A DNA stretch of 62,014 bases, filler included, from Globobulimina sp. (Eukaryota), in NCBI GenBank assembly GCA_003354225.1. It is 26 parts of 26 records of this genome, joined end to end, with 100 filler letters (N's around TTAATTAATTAA, not from the genome) between each part and the next. Parts side by side here need not be neighbours in the genome. Positions count along the whole stretch, not along the records: positions 33,457 to 35,745 come from PIVH01007630.1; positions 35,846 to 38,134 come from PIVH01007631.1; positions 38,235 to 40,523 come from PIVH01007632.1; positions 40,624 to 42,911 come from PIVH01007633.1; positions 43,012 to 45,299 come from PIVH01007634.1; positions 45,400 to 47,687 come from PIVH01007635.1; 20 more parts are not named here. The stretch is one strand, 5' to 3'. Below the pieces are notes generated by a model. That model searched no databases, was not told the DNA's origin, and saw nothing but the letters and a program-made list of their open reading frames with translations. A program made the position numbers and the translations under genes. Below, one piece after another: positions 33,612-46,874 of the stretch (within the stretch, counting starts at the first letter, position 1; each line of letters starts with the position of its first letter).

Positions 33612-35745
33612 ATGGCGAACAATTACAGTCAATCAAATCATATCCCTAATTCAAATAATCAAAATTCATTAAATAAATCCAAAAAATCTAATAAACGACC
33701 TCTTTTTTCTCCATCCAATAATCAATTTAGAACCCCAATACAACCTAAACGGCGCAAGAAATCAAATCTATCATTCAACCAATTTTCGCGAACACCAAAG
33801 TCTATCCAACACGTCACAGCGCGATTATTGAATCAAGCAAATATACAAATTCCACAACAGCTTATTCGTAACAAATCCCATAAGAAACATTCACAAAGAA
33901 AGAAGAAAACACCATCTAATAAGTATTCTAATGTTGGTCATATTAATCCGACCACATTTGATGCCTTGAATTGCCCATTTGGTCTTAATTGTGTTTATGA
34001 GGTTTATGCCCGATTTGGCAGTGAATCACAATTGAAATCCCATCTGCTTAAGCACGTAAAAGAAGGTCAACAAATTCCAAGATCATTTTTTAATACTTAT
34101 GAAGGTTTCTTTTGTGTTAAATGTGGGAAATTTTTCAAACGCTCCCATTCAATTTGTCAGAGCGAATCTTTGCATTATAATAAATCGGATATGGATCTAT
34201 TTATTTTTATTAATGCATTCACGGTGATTAACCCATCGGATATATTATTGTCTTTATTTCCAAATCATACAAATATCCCTAGAAACACTTTAAAATTACC
34301 ATTTAACCTCGAATCCGATGAGGATGAGGATTCCGATCAAAGTACCGATAGTCACGAAGCAAATATCGAGAATATTAATCAGCAGATTATCGATTATCAG
34401 AATAACGTTTCTCAGGGAAATATTCCAGAGTCAGATAAAAATAAGGAAGTTGAAAATGTTTTTAAGTACAAAAACCTTTTAAAACACAACTTTCCTTTTC
34501 CTTTTCCTTTGTCCACCAACAACAACTCGAATGGTGACAATGCGCAAATTGTTAATATTGACGATAATATTGATAATGCAAATAAATCTCAGTCAACTCC
34601 AAATATGGCACAATTACCGTATAGTAACAACAACGAATTGGTTCAACAGCCAATTCAGTCTCAGCCAATATCATCGGCGCCATACATATTCCAACCAATA
34701 TCGACGAACCAACCATTACCAAATCATGCATCAATTGGACCATCATCGACAAATTCGACATCGACAAATGCGTCATCGACAAGTTCAACATCGACAAGTT
34801 CGATATCGGCAAGTTCGACATCGACAAATCCAGCATTTACCAATTCAACACCGACCAATTCAACACAGACAAGCCAGACATCCACGAATTATAACAATAA
34901 CCAACAAATTGGCTATAATCAAGTTGAGGAGGACGGCGATGCACAGATTGAGCTCCGATCCGACACTCAAACCAATACAAACAATATCCCCCCCATCCCC
35001 TCACACAGTACGCTGACGCCTCAAGTCCGCGATATATTTATCGGTAATCGCATTAATTCGGACATTTCAGACGAGAAAAAATCAGGGGAATTACCATTAA
35101 ACCCCATCGTCGAACAAAATCTATGGAACCAAAATCAATTTGCACCTGAATTAGTGCAATTTGATTGTAATCAGAATTATATAAACACGAATTATGGCGG
35201 CGCCGTCTTACCGCCGTCTGAACCATTTATCCCATGCGAATCATTAGTAATTAATAACGGCGGCAACGCAGACATTGACATGAAAGATATCTCTGTCGAA
35301 TATAACGATCATTTTGTTATTAACGACAGTCGAATGGTGTATATATGCCCTATAATTGGATGCGATAAACATCGCAATATGTCCCATTTACCATCGTTTG
35401 TCGATTATTGGGAGAATGCATATGTCGCTAATAGAAAACCTGTGCGTTTCTATGGCTTTATAAAGAAACAAGAATTGAAAAACCATTTAACAGAACACCA
35501 TTTATTATCAAATCCAAGCTCTATTCCTCTTAAATATTTAATTAAATTCAATTATAATATATGCAGAATTTGCAGCAAATTCTGTCGACGGTCAACCGAC
35601 GCCCATCCCGGGTGTATACAAAAAGAAATCGATTTTTTAATACCCGCCGACAAGTTGGAATCATTCGAGTCTGTGTCATTGGATATTATTCAAGCGATGC
35701 GACCAAAGCTATTATTTAATATTCCCAGGTCGTGCACTACTTTAT
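33612..35745 (+). mobile_element. 5' part of a putative CRE-like non-LTR retrotransposon ORF (two C2H2/CxxC modules), truncated before the RT
   Basis: CPFGLNC..LKSHLLKH..CVKC..H..C and CPIIGC..LKNHLTEHH..CRIC..H..C separated by a Ser/Thr/Asn linker, then LLFNIPRSC. Long intronless ORF. The RT itself is not visible. Confidence 0.55.
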
Positions 35746-35845
35746 NNNNNNNNNNNNNNNNNNNNNNNNNNNNNNNNNNNNNNNNNNNNTTAATTAATTA
35801 ANNNNNNNNNNNNNNNNNNNNNNNNNNNNNNNNNNNNNNNNNNNN

Positions 35846-37761
35846 GTTGGCGCAATATTTCTTGATCAAAACTATATTCATTTGCTGTCAATGATATTAA
35901 CACATCATTTGCAGTCAACTCATATGGGAAATATTGATAAGCTCCATTGGATATAACTGCTTTGATCGCACCGTATTTTCTTTTTAAAGCTATATTATTC
36001 GTGATTGTGGTCGCCAGCTCAGTCGATGACAGTATCTCAAAATCCTGCGCCTTTACCGATAATTCAAAAGTAACATCATGTTCATTGATAGGTTCCTTCT
36101 GCAATGTTACTGCATTTATGAATATATTCCTCTCCGCGGATTGTATAGTTTCCATATTTTGCAGTTTCCATTCAGTAGAAAATATATTTGTTTCTTGACT
36201 ATGGATCCAATCATCGATGTTTAGACTAATTATATTTTCATCGCAGGATAAAATTATATCTGTTTTAAAATACAATGGTTTAAATGCTACAAAGTGAGTT
36301 GGATGAAATACCAATGGAATAAACGCTAAATTATCGCGAAACAATATGCTTTTTGAAATATTATGAGTGGAGCCCCAATTATTTTCAACTGAAATAACGA
36401 TCACAGCATTTGAACTATTCGCTGTTGGCGTTGTCTGTTTTTGTTCTGTTTTGTGATTCAGTGCATTGCGTTAAAATAATCACTTAACAGAAAATGTGCA
36501 ACATTCATTGTGAGCGCATTGATGAAAATCATTTTGATATTTATTACTCCACTGCGCAGACTTTATATTTGTCACTCCAATGTCCGATTGAATGTCATTG
36601 TACACAGTATAGGCCATACACTGTGATGATACAGTTGGTGGATAAATTATAGTCACCGACGAATCTGTCAATGCGTCAATATTTGAATGCGAGCTTGGTT
36701 GAATAATTGCAATTGATTCGTGCTCACAGTATTCACTATTTACAGTGATGCAAACGTGTAATTGTTGATTGCCAGAAATGGTACAATCACTCGTTAAAAA
36801 TATTTCGATGCTGAATATTGCAATTTGCTTATTTCCCTCATCATAGCTCACGTTTTTGAACTGACATGTTGCAGTCTTACAATTTTCACATTCCCCCAAC
36901 AACTCCAATGAATCACTAGTGAATAATTGCGTGCAAAGCGAGGCAGATCGTTCTATATATGACATAAAAAATTATTGTAATATGATTCCAGTACGTAACA
37001 GCACGTACATACCGTATGTGGTCAATGGACTGTCATATATGGTATATGATGGTTGTAAATGACATAAAATGGACAGATATAGTGATGTATATTGACAGTT
37101 GATAGTGTGTTGAATTGGTGACAATGTTGGTGCTGTAGTGGGTATTGGGAATATTGAATCTCTTGTTTTGTAGTTCCAAAAGTAATCCACTGCATAACCT
37201 TCCAGCTCTATATTTTGCCAAATTGTGTCAGTGTTAAGGTCTTTAATCCAAGCTTCAACCAACCAGCCATACATTTTTCCATTTACATAGCTACGATATA
37301 ATATGTTACAACAGGATGTAATGTCGGTGTTGGATTCATCACAAAATAGATTTAGCCCAAATTGAAACTCATATCCGTCATATTGAGTGTTGTTGTATGC
37401 GTATTGTGTGAGGGAGGAGTGATCGACGCGAATGTAATACAGTGCTGGATACGGTAAGTGATCATATTCACAGATGCTAGTGCACAATGCATGGAATGAT
37501 GATGCGAATGTATCAAAGTCGGAGGCAAATATGGAGGGTGGGAATGGCTGACCTTTAGCTGTTTGTAGATAAATAGTGAGGTATTTGTCACAAGTTTCGT
37601 CACCTTTTTTATTTTATTTTGTGTTTTTTAATTTAATTTCTCTCTCTTTTTCTCCGTATATTATGGTGTAAACCTGGTTGACATTCGTATGTTGATATAC
37701 ATTGCAGAATGAAGGACAGATGTAATAAAACGAACAGCAATGAGGTAAACTTAGTTGCCAT
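35846..37761 (-). CDS. Multi-exon secreted/surface protein of unknown function; first intron 37604-37673; 3'-truncated
   Basis: Signal peptide MATKFTSLLFVLLHLSFILQCIS; splicing gives YECQPG|DETCDK; PTTAPTLSP stalk; successive same-strand ORFs. Confidence 0.65.
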
Positions 37762-38234
37762 GTTTTTGTTAGTTTTAGTTTTGCGGGCATTTGCGTCGAT
37801 AGTATCTTGGGTGGTTAGGAGGGGCAAGTGAATGGAGGCAGCCGAGGGGGATACCGGTCTCCTATTTTATTACATGTATCTATAATTGGAGAAAAAGAAA
37901 ATTAGCGTGGAATAGTATATTGAATGCGGGCGCTCGTTAAGGGGCCTTTTTCCCAAGTTGGTAATCCTTCCATAAGTGAAGGACAAGCTCTGAAGCGCTC
38001 GGTATGTCATGAATTTTGTCGCACCCCATACCTGCATATAGACACAAGTCGCGCATTTCACCTTCAATAAATGAAGCAGCTGGTGTGTCAGAGTCATATC
38101 TTTTTACTTCGTATCCGGAAGAGTCGTTTGCGACNNNNNNNNNNNNNNNNNNNNNNNNNNNNNNNNNNNNNNNNNNNNTTAATTAATTAANNNNNNNNNN
38201 NNNNNNNNNNNNNNNNNNNNNNNNNNNNNNNNNN

Positions 38235-40523
38235 GACATTTTTAGTGAAAGGGATATGTTCAGCGATGTGGAGGCAGTCAGTGACAGTGAGATCAATTTC
38301 ATTCTCGATACGCATTGCCAATCACTCGCAACCTGCAAAGCGTTAAATAATTTATCTTCGGCATTGCATTTCTTCTCCACCATTATTGACAAATCATTAT
38401 CGGACGCAAATACCATGAATTTGTTACTAAACTATTTCGAACATGACAAAAACGGTAAAAATATATTGAATGACTATGCGCATTTATTGCATTTGCATGT
38501 AGTCACTGCAGAGCATCACAGCATGCATAATATTAATGTATTCGAGAGCATATATACTGCGATAAATAATGTGTTCTCCTGCGACTTAAACAAATGTAAA
38601 CAATATCTCCGCAACACACGCAACAGAGAGAAAGAGCAAATCAACGATGATGTAAAGATGTCATATTACATTGACTTAATGGACACGGTTCATTGCTATT
38701 TTCTACACTCATTTGATATGGGATACAAAGTGTCGATTCGACTGGACACGGACATGGACACTGACACTGACACTAAAAAAGATGATATTGATTATTTCAA
38801 ACAATACTATCAATCCATAACAGCAATTCGCCAACAAAATAAACTCAAATCAACCAAACGATTCACAACGTTTATCCCAGAAACCATTGCTACACAAAAT
38901 ATGTTATGCGTTGGACAGAGGTTTAATTATTGGGACGACGCAGATGAATATTTCGTAGCACCCTATTTTGCCACATTAAAGAAAGAAATCATCGGTAAAA
39001 TCTCCATTGGCGGCTATAACTTATCGCTGTTCAAAGCACAGCAATATTTGTTATGTATATGGATGAAACGGATGAAAATAACTTTGCAGCAGATATTAGC
39101 AGTGATGATCTATACTGATTATGACATATTTGCTGAAAACATGCAAAAAACATTTATCCGCACAGCGCCAATCAAGGATGCCAGCGCTGGCAGAAAATTG
39201 AAAGAATCCAACCGATCCTTAATTAAACGCAATGCGAAATATGCGCATTTAGCCAAGTATTTAAGTGAAGTTATTGATGGATTTGGTGACAATCCAATGG
39301 ATAAGGAAAAGCATAATATATTATCCTTTTACACCTCACCAAATGTGGATGGCATTGCAAATATATCCACTGTCGATTTAAGCAAAATTCGTTTGTTTGG
39401 TATCCATTCAACCACTGCTTCCATTGAGGTCATTATGAGTAATAACAACGGCATCATCATGGAGTTAAACAATACATTGTCTTCAAATGACAATGAGACT
39501 GATTCACAGTGGCCTTCCTGGCAAAATACGACCTATTTCCAATGCAATTTCTTCTCCAGCACAGGCTATGAAAGCGAGGTCATATTCACAAACACCTATA
39601 ATCCGTTAAGTATTTCTTTAATGAATGTGTTGGATAATAGTCAGCAATGGATTGCTTGCAACCTATTTATAAATGCATTTGCGATCTTTACTGAGATGAT
39701 ACATGGAATTGGCATGGAAGAGTTTAATAAGTATAAAAAGAAAGATTTTGAAATGATATTGAGATTGTTGCGAAACGATGATAAGTTGCCAGAGCTCATC
39801 AACGATGCATTTGAGCAGTGGCAGGAGAATATAACTGAGCTTACAATCGATTTGTCCATATTTAAGAATTTAAGCCAGAAAAGTAAAAAAAAACAAATTG
39901 CTCACTATTTTATCACAGATGGCAGTGCGGAGATGTTGAAATACAAAGAATTGACAGATTTATTTCCAAACTTGCAAGCTGTTCATACGAAGTGCAGCGA
40001 GAATAAGAAAGCGCAAACCATTAATGTCTCGGAAGCGTTTTTTGAGGAATTATTGATGGATATGGATGATTTGAATAAGACTGAGGCATTTAAACAAATT
40101 GTGATTGTAAATGCAGATATCAACTGCGATTTGAATAAGTTTAATGCACAGCTTATGGAAAAGAATTGGAATACGGTGGTTCATCTGGTATTAATTGCAC
40201 TGCTTTGCACATTTAACAGTAATATCCATGTCATTTGGCAGCAGGACAATTAATACCAAGATGAAAGCACATCGTATCTGCATATACAGACTGATAATAA
40301 TGGAAATTTGAGCATTTCACGAAGATTTTCCGATGATGAGGAGGATGAAGATGTATATAATATGGATGTGCATGTACCTGATGATGGTGGTGGTGGTGGT
40401 GCGAAGTCTTATGATTACGATGAGGACGGCAACGGAAACTACAATGATAATATAACGGTATTTGAGGATGACGAGGACGACAAAGACAGAGATAAAGAAA
40501 GGGAGAGATTAGAAATTGAGCAA
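38235..40523 (+). CDS. Large hypothetical protein with a degenerate ADP-ribosyltransferase-like (STT / ExE) core and acidic tail
   Basis: ORF over 660 aa; ILAVMIYTD, SFYT, HSTTASIEV, GIIMEL, FSSTGYESEVIF. A probable intron in ~40176-40289 joins the acidic tail. Confidence 0.55.
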
Positions 40524-40623
40524 NNNNNNNNNNNNNNNNNNNNNNNNNNNNNNNNNNNNNNNNNNNNTTAATTAATTAANNNNNNNNNNNNNNNNNNNNN
40601 NNNNNNNNNNNNNNNNNNNNNNN

Positions 40624-41307
40624 TCATTTGTTGGATCTTGTTCTGATGCCATTTGCAACTATGCACAATTTGCAGTTTCATTCATACATTTTACTACATT
40701 CAACATAATTGTTTCTGGATTGCTAATGTACTTCAATACCAACCGTTTAATCATCTTTTGATATTAGAATTAACTCTGAAAATATCAGATTATTATGAAA
40801 AATGTTAGTAAAACAACAAACCTCCGATTTATTTTTGTCATTTTTATCAAAATGAACCAATCCCGGCAAATCAATAAGTGTTAAATCAACAGAATCGTTC
40901 CTATAAATTGTCAAAATAATTGGATCTTCGCAAATTGTTTTGTTATCACCAGCAATACTTTTGGTATACTCTTCAATTTTGGCAGACACCGCCTGAATAG
41001 ATATTGTTTCTTCTATTGTTTCGTCATTAAATGTCGTTGATATCATTGCATATTCTTCAGAGTGTTTCGATTCAGAATTACGGTTTGATCTCAATCGTAA
41101 TTCTAACGGTACTCTGGTACAAATTCCATCTGATCTCGGAATATCAACGCCGGCAATCAATTCTAATAAGGATGATTTTCCTGATGATTGATCACCAATC
41201 ACCACTATAGTAGGGATAGGAATTTCTTTTGAAAGTCCTTTTAATGCTGCTCTAATGCCATCTACCTGATTTTTTAGTTGTTGCACTTTGTTGAACGTGA
41301 TATCCAT
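40624..41307 (-). CDS. Dynamin-superfamily (Mx-like) GTPase, 3'-truncated; intron 40755-40821; in-frame TAG at 40659-40661
   Basis: IVVIGDQSSGKSSLLE, GICTRVPLELRL, LTLIDLPG; spliced KSE|MIKRLVLKYISNPETIMLNV. Confidence 0.88.
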
Positions 41308-41395
41308 GCTTTGATTTATATTTATTTTTTTCGGGTTTTTTTTTGTTTTTTTCAGTGTAAACTTTGAGTGCAAGGATAGCTTCGTGAGTAAAACA

Positions 41396-42361
41396 ATGAG
41401 TTGGTTTGGCAAAGGAAAAAGCAATGACAAGGCAAGGAAAAAACATATCCAATCCTTAATGTCACGGAACGGGAGAATCTATACAGTAATCCAACAGAAC
41501 AAGCATTCCTACAAAATCTCATTCAAAACCAGAATGGGCGGTAATTCATTTATTATTTTATTAAGCGAACAGTTTCCCGAAAGCGCGCCCCGTCTATATT
41601 GTGATGCCAAATATAGCCATCCGTGGTTAGACGACAGCGGTAATATCGTAGGCATCGACGAGTTAAATCGCTGGACCTCTGCCTATAGCGACTTAGGTCG
41701 AATTGTACAATCCGTTGTGATGCAATTCACAGCCTCTCCGCCCACAGTAAAAAAAGTGAATAATATGAGTGCCTATAAACCGGTGCAAGCCGTACAAGTC
41801 GCGGCGCCGCCTCCTTCTTATCAGCATCATCAAAGTCTAAAAAAGCAGACGTCCGTCTTAGACATGCAAACCATCAAATTTTCCATCCCCCAGAAAATTG
41901 ATAAATTGGAAGAGTTGTCAGAGGAGGAAATAAAAGGCATGTTGGATGAGCCTAAGTTGATTGAGGAATTTGCCTATTCCATCGCCTCTGGTTTGCGTGA
42001 GATGAGAGACCAGCAACAAACTGAAATCTTACGTATTTCTCGGCAGAATTTGGGCAAAAAAGAGGATATTTTGAAGAAGGATAAGGAAGTTCAAGGCTTA
42101 CGAGAAGAGATTGATACGTTATCGACATATTATAGCGATTTAAAACAAAGACAGGATAAGGAATTACAGAAATTTTCAAAGCAACGATTGAATCATGAGT
42201 TGAATGCTGAGATCGAGAAATCGGAGAATAAAACTAATGAAATCAAAGGCAAAATTGATGAAACAGTGATTACTCCGATTGCTTTTATTAAACAATATAC
42301 GAAAGAACGTAAAGTGTATCATCTCTTACAAATAAAGAAAGAGAAATTAAATATATTTTAG
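41396..42361 (+). CDS. VPS37: ESCRT-I subunit VPS37A-like (UEV + Mod(r) domain)
   Basis: LSEQFPESAP, HPWLD, W..YSDLGRIVQ, PPPSY, LEELSEEEI, FIKQYTKERKVYHL..KKEKL. Confidence 0.8.
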   Translation: MSWFGKGKSNDKARKKHIQSLMSRNGRIYTVIQQNKHSYKISFKTRMGGNSFIILLSEQFPESAPRLYCDAKYSHPWLDDSGNIVGIDELNRWTSAYSDLGRIVQSVVMQFTASPPTVKKVNNMSAYKPVQAVQVAAPPPSYQHHQSLKKQTSVLDMQTIKFSIPQKIDKLEELSEEEIKGMLDEPKLIEEFAYSIASGLREMRDQQQTEILRISRQNLGKKEDILKKDKEVQGLREEIDTLSTYYSDLKQRQDKELQKFSKQRLNHELNAEIEKSENKTNEIKGKIDETVITPIAFIKQYTKERKVYHLLQIKKEKLNIF

Positions 42362-42660
42362 TAGTGTCGGCGACTCAGCGTGTGTTGCTTCACTTGCTTG
42401 TTATTTAGAAATATGTTGCTAAGTAGCTTTAATTATTATGTTTTCCATTTTGTTTGAGTATATTCTGCTTTTTTCGTGATATATATTTCTGATTGTCACA
42501 GAAACGATCGATCTTCGACCACTTCAAAATGCAGTTTGCGAAATTAAAGCGGTTAAAGTTAATAAATAAAAACCAATTAAAAGAGATTTTCGAAAGCCTT
42601 TGCATTGCAATAACCCATTGACAGACTTCCGCTCGTCCGTTGAAACAATAATTACGTACT

Positions 42661-42911
42661 ATGTCCTTTGACCTCAAGATTTTAGATGAATTAGCAGATG
42701 GTTTGGACATCAAGAAATTAGTGGAGTTAGTACGCGTGGCAGAAACAGCCGAGAGGTACGAGGATATGTGCCGATTTGTGAAAAAATTGGTGGAATTGAA
42801 ATCCGCGAAGGGAGAAGATTTAGACGTGGATGAACGCAATTTGTTATCCGTAGCGTATAAGAATGTGGTCGGCGCCAAACGAGCCTCTTGGCGAACACTA
42901 TCGGGCGGCTT
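42661..42911 (+). CDS. 14-3-3 protein, 3'-truncated
   Basis: [31 protein letters not shown]. Confidence 0.97.
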
Positions 42912-43011
42912 NNNNNNNNNNNNNNNNNNNNNNNNNNNNNNNNNNNNNNNNNNNNTTAATTAATTAANNNNNNNNNNNNNNNNNNNNNNNNNNNNNNNNN
43001 NNNNNNNNNNN

Positions 43012-43823
43012 TGAATGATATTCAAAGCAAAGCGCATTCACTTAGAAAATTGTCAGTATCCATGGACAGTGATCCTGCAAACACTTTATTGACAGGAAAG
43101 GAGCAAAATAAATACGATACATTGCCTGCTAACAATTATGACATCAAAGATGATGAAAATATGAAAACGTTTTGTAAAAATATTTATTTAGATATTAAAG
43201 AATGGGATGTAAGATTTTGGTTAATTACATTGATAATGGTGTTGAGTTATGGTGTGGTGAATAGTTGGATGAATATAGCATCATCATTCATGCATCATTC
43301 CTATTCATTTGCTTATAGCGAAGGAAATTCGTTGATTACCATAATTTTTGTAACTATGATAATAACTACTACTTTGATGGGTTATTTTGTTGACAAATAC
43401 GGAAAACGATGTTATTTGTTAATTGTATCTTTGATATTGCTGCTCTGTGCGCATTGCATTTTTTTAGGGATTAATAACGTTGACATTGCGTCTTATAATG
43501 GAAATTTGCTGTTATTTGGTGTTGTTTTTGGCTTGTTATGTATTGGAATATCATATGGAATCTTTCCAGTTGTTGCGTGGCCTGCAATTATATTGATTGT
43601 GGATGGGAATACATTGTCAACAGCGTATGGAATGGTGACTTCTTTTGTAAATCTGGTATTGGCAGTTTTTCCGCTGGTTATTGCATTGGTGACAAGATCT
43701 GATGATTATGGTGCGGATAAATACATATATGTTGAATACTTTATAGCTGTTGTAACTATTGCAGCTAGTTTTATATTATGCAGAATTGATCACAAAAAAT
43801 ACAACAAATTTTTGCATGTTTGA
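43012..43823 (+). CDS. MFS transporter (MFSD1-like), C-terminal half
   Basis: Six TM helices; GYFVDKYGKR; WPAI..IV...LSTAYG. Confidence 0.85.
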
Positions 43824-43878
43824 CAATAAAACAAATTTTTGCAAAATAGCAATAGACACAACAAAAGAGGCACCATTT

Positions 43879-45299
43879 TTAGTCAACTTCTTCCATACAC
43901 AACGTTTGTAGTGGCGTACAATATGTTGCTTGTGACGCCCACACATGACTTGAACAGGATCTTTGTTGTCCATGTGAGGCAGCGTTCATTTTTAACATTT
44001 TACCACCGCCACGTTCATACACTTGAGCATTTCGCATATTCTCCAAACACCGATCAAGATCCTTGACTAAATTTTGACAAAAACGATTCTTTGACGAAAC
44101 AGAATTTAGTATTAATATTTGCGCATTCTTTAATATTTTATTGGCTTGATCCAAATCCCCAGCACCCGCTGCTTTATCCGCTTCAATCATACTATTTGCT
44201 GCTAACAACCGATTACATTGTACATCAACATCAATATTACTCTCTTTCTCCTCATCTTCTTTACCTTCATCCATATCCATATCGCGTGCAATTGAACATA
44301 TTTCCGTGACCTTCTCCTTTCTGTCTCGAATAACATTAATATACTCGACACAGAGCCGAACCACATCATATTCTTTCTTTCTGTCATTAATTTTCGGTAT
44401 TTTTAACTCAAATAATAAATCGCGATTTTCTTCACTTTGTATATCATTAATTGTAACAGAAACGCTTCTTTTTCCAGAATTAATATTCGCATTTCCTTCA
44501 TCTGTACCAATGACACTGTCATATTTATATTTATATCCTTTTGATAGAATATTTTCAATTCGCACGCCACTGCTTAGACACTCAATATTTACCTTTATAT
44601 TCTGCGCGATTATGCCCATTAAACCGCCAATACATTCCGCTAATGTTTTTGCGATGATTTTCTCGCTGTCGATATATGCATACATTCCATTATTGCCCTG
44701 TTCTGCCACTGACTGCAACAAAGAGGCATTGTGCTGGCCGCCACAGCCAAATGTATTTATGCTGCAATTCATCCCTTGTTTCTTCTTAATGAGTTCATGA
44801 ATAATCTCTTCCGTTGACGTTTTACCCACATTTGCTTCGCCATCGGTAAAGAGAAAAATGGAGCGCACTAAATTTGAAGAAGAGTTGTTTGTTTTCATCA
44901 CATTTATACCTTCCACCAAACCATCACATAACGCAGTCGAACCACCGCAAAATAGGGAGTTTACTGCCTTTAATGCTTTTTGTTTGCAGTGCTTGGAACT
45001 GTTTAATGTCAGTAATGGCAATAATGTTTGCGATGAATTGGAGAATGTGATAATTCCAATTCGATCATTTTTATGTTTTAAAAATTTATTAATTATCACA
45101 TTCACTGTGTATTTGACTAAATCCATACGATTTGAGCACTGCATTGAACCGGATTTGTCAATAATACATAATAAATCTATCCCACTTCGATTGCTGCTGT
45201 TAATGCGATATGGCGGCGCATGGATTGATGCCATAAATTTGAAATCTTCTTTGTTTGCTGAGTATGGCAAATTGTCATTTTCAAATGTCCCAAATAGTG
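43879..45299 (-). CDS. von Willebrand factor A domain protein with Vwaint-like C-terminus, 5'-truncated
   Basis: MIDAS DKSGSM, GGSTAL, LFTDGEANVG, TFGCG..HN..LL, C-terminal SHGQQRS. Confidence 0.9.
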
Positions 45300-45431
45300 N
45301 NNNNNNNNNNNNNNNNNNNNNNNNNNNNNNNNNNNNNNNNNNNTTAATTAATTAANNNNNNNNNNNNNNNNNNNNNNNNNNNNNNNNNNNNNNNNNNNNA
45401 AAGAAAGAAAGAAAGAGTAATAAGATCGACG

Positions 45432-45517
45432 ACTAGTTAAATACGCAATTATTGAATTAAACTAGCCGTCGAAATACGTATACGCAACTAGTTAAATACG
45501 CCACTAGTTAAATACGC
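45432..45517. repeat. Three copies of ACTAGTTAAATACGC
   Basis: Copies visible at about 45432, 45487 and 45503, downstream of the 7TM gene. Confidence 0.8.
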
Positions 45518-45580
45518 AGTTTTTACATAATATAATATATGAAAGTATTTTATAATTATACATATTTAAATATAAAACAA

Positions 45581-46721
45581 TTAATATGAATGAGATTGAT
45601 GCGGCAATGACAATGCGGCAAATCGTTCAATTCCCAAATTATGATCATAAGATTTGCTAAATTCTGAAACAACACATTGGTCACCGTCCGCTGCATTTTT
45701 TTCTGCATCTCCAATATCTGAAGCAATATTAATGTCATTCATATCATAAGAGACGGCTTTTGTTGTTGATTTTAATTCACTTTCAACTGAATGTGTGACC
45801 TTAAAAATGCGACATCTGTTCTTTATAAATTTTCTGTTTGTAGCCATCATCAAAAACACACAAACTGAATTTACGAATGGATCGCCAGCACAAAAGAACC
45901 AAATATAATTCTTTACGATCGGTATCGATATTAATGTGACTACCTATACAATAAAAACAACATCACTCTCAAATTAACAATGTCAGAATATCTGACCATA
46001 TGAAAATGTGCAAATTATATAAGAACTTAACCGAAGATATCGTTGCTACAAACGATAAAACAGCATTCCACTTCATGGCAGCAATATATTTTGCCAATAA
46101 GCGATTATTGACAGTATCGTCCGTTGCTAATTTACGAATGGATAATATTAAGGGCAGCAAAAATAGCATCAATGTTACAAAACTATTAAATAAATCGACA
46201 ACATCTGCAAATATAACGAACCACCACTTCCATGACTCGAATAAACATCTCGTTATCATTTTGTTTGTGCTCGTTTCAACAGGTTTTCCTGTAAAAACCA
46301 CAGATGCTGAAACGACATATATTGCCCAATAAATAAATAAATAGAGAGGACCGATCTGGTCAAATAATAATTTTTTACATCTTTTACTCTCAATACAGAT
46401 ATTACCGACATGTGCCCGTTTAGCGCGACGTAAAAAAAATGCATATAAGAACCCTTTGGTGGCTCCAAGCACACTGAAACATGGCGGAAGGCCATACAAT
46501 TTACACCATAATGGATTGGTTTCGGCGTGCAATGAGAAACCAATGCAACTACACACAAACGCCGATACATAGACACCGTATAATAATCTTTTCGCAGTCT
46601 TGTCTTTAATTTTTTGTTCTCCATATTTGTCTGCAAGCAATTGTAAAATGATTAATATGGAAATCAAGACAGGGAAAATTGTCATTGATGTTGTATAAGT
46701 CAGATATTCGACTGAATACAT
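45581..46721 (-). CDS. Orphan seven-transmembrane (GPCR-like) protein; intron 45944-46031
   Basis: Hydrophobic helices; WCK..TKGFLYAFFLRRA; LFLLPL. Splicing gives ISS|VVTLISIP..GDPFVNSVCVFLM. Confidence 0.7.
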
Positions 46722-46874
46722 TATCGTTCGTTGTCAAGTAATGTTAATATACAGATTATCAGTAGTCGGAGTAATGTTTTTTTTTTCTTTTAGTTTTTTA
46801 CGAAGATTAAGTGAAAAATAATAAATAATTAATTTAAGTGAAAAATAATAATAACAAATAGCATAAATAACATC

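Noticed and set aside
45432-45517. ACTAGTTAAATACGC repeats as a mini-CRISPR
   Set aside because: Only 15 nt, irregular spacing (one spacer is 1 nt), no cas genes, eukaryotic context.
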